A stretch of DNA of 7,978 nt, taken from Paraspadella gotoi (lineage: Eukaryota; Animalia; Chaetognatha). The notes beneath the pieces were generated by a model, which saw only the letters and a list, made by a program, of their open reading frames with translations, searched no databases and had not been told where the DNA came from. Below, piece by piece: positions 7,265 through 7,978 of this stretch; position 1 is the stretch's first letter; each line of letters begins with the position of its first letter. The DNA is taken from assembly GCA_051294375.1 (NCBI GenBank), contig JBJCIZ010000589.1, forward strand, positions 1 through 7,978. Reading direction: 5' to 3'. Position numbers and translations under genes: made by a program.

Positions 7265-7289
7265 AGGGTTAGGGTTAGGGTTAGGGTTA
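7265..7289 (+). repeat. Interstitial telomere-like (TTAGGG)4
   Basis: AGGGTTAGGGTTAGGGTTAGGGTTA. Confidence 0.95.
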
Positions 7290-7296
7290 ATCGTCA

Positions 7297-7861
7297 GAGA
7301 TATTTCTTTTAGGAAATAAATTTACCCATTACAGGATTCGAACCCGAATTCGATTGCTGGGACGCTGGGAATTCCAACCCTTTGCCGTCCAGGCGGCCAC
7401 AAAGATTCGTTTCTAAAATCCTAATTTAAAGCTTTAGATTTTTTCCAAAACTGATTCGAAGCCTTTTGTTTTCTGATTGATTGCCCTAATCACCTGCAGG
7501 GGTTTTACCGCCAATCAAAAAGCAGTTAGTGATTGTTTACTTCTGAAATTCAAATTTGTTAATGATTCACTTCTGATTTTATCTTCTAAATAAAATGTTC
7601 ACATTAAACATTATAAATTGTTTTAATCTCTCTCTCTACAAATGTAAAGAAATACATTGATAATGAGAAAACGTTTTTACTTCATCTATGAATAAATGAA
7701 TTCAAAAACAAAACAATTATTTTCACAATCAAACTTCGAATAATTAATTCTGATTCTACAAATTAATAAATCGATTTAAAAACATTAATCTTCGAAGTCA
7801 CGTGATCTACCTTCCCTGCGATGCGATCTAATCGATCTTAGAACTATCTCACTCAGTTGTC
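7297..7861 (-). repeat. Copy C of the repeat family with tRNA-like head (B box at 7334-7345)
   Basis: Collinear with copy A. Distance from B box to the ATCTTCGAAGTCACGTG block is 454 bp versus 451 bp in copy A. Confidence 0.85.
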
Positions 7862-7899
7862 AAGGCCTTCAGTCACACTGTAAACAGTAAATAAAGTAT

Positions 7900-7970
7900 C
7901 CATATTGGGATTCGAACCCTCGACCTCGGGGACCGCGATCCGCCGTCATATCCATTTCGCCAGCCGGCAC
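7900..7970 (-). promoter_or_regulatory. tRNA-like Pol III head, start of copy D (cut by window edge)
   Basis: Minus strand TGGCGAAATGG (A box, 7962-7952) and GGTTCGAATCC (B box, 7918-7908). CCAGCCGGCA matches CCAGGCGGCC at 8/10. Lies 574 bp from the copy C B box. Acceptor stem does not pair, so not a functional tRNA. Confidence 0.7.
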
Positions 7971-7978
7971 TTTTATCG

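Noticed and set aside
6979-7312. ORFs spanning the N run
   Set aside because: Artefacts of the gap; RVRVRV is translated TTAGGG.
7330-7970. Functional tRNA genes at the GGTTCGAATCC sites (also 1535-1608 and 5652-5725)
   Set aside because: Cloverleafs are incomplete by eye and no anticodon could be assigned; treated as tRNA-derived.

Overview
AT-rich eukaryotic (probably invertebrate) repeat-dense DNA from a draft assembly with a 150-N gap. No host gene can be supported. The only real coding signal is a dead Ty3/Gypsy pol fragment on the minus strand (~3491-4364: RT thumb/connection, RNase H with an internal deletion and frameshift, truncated integrase Zn finger). The strongest non-coding signals are two minimal type I hammerhead ribozyme motifs (5529-5577 +, 6378-6439 -) with covarying stem II, plus a truncated third copy that forms a 243-bp inverted repeat of the kind seen in Penelope-like elements. 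There is also a ~570-600-bp repeat family (two full copies, two partial, partly tandem) that joins a tRNA-like Pol III A/B-box head to a conserved upstream GTCACGTG/TTCCCTGCG module. Other content: two foldback/MITE-like elements, a Helentron/HINE-like end, a tRNA-derived SINE-like element, a two-variant 22-bp minisatellite, (TTAGGG)4 and microsatellites. All alignments were done by eye.
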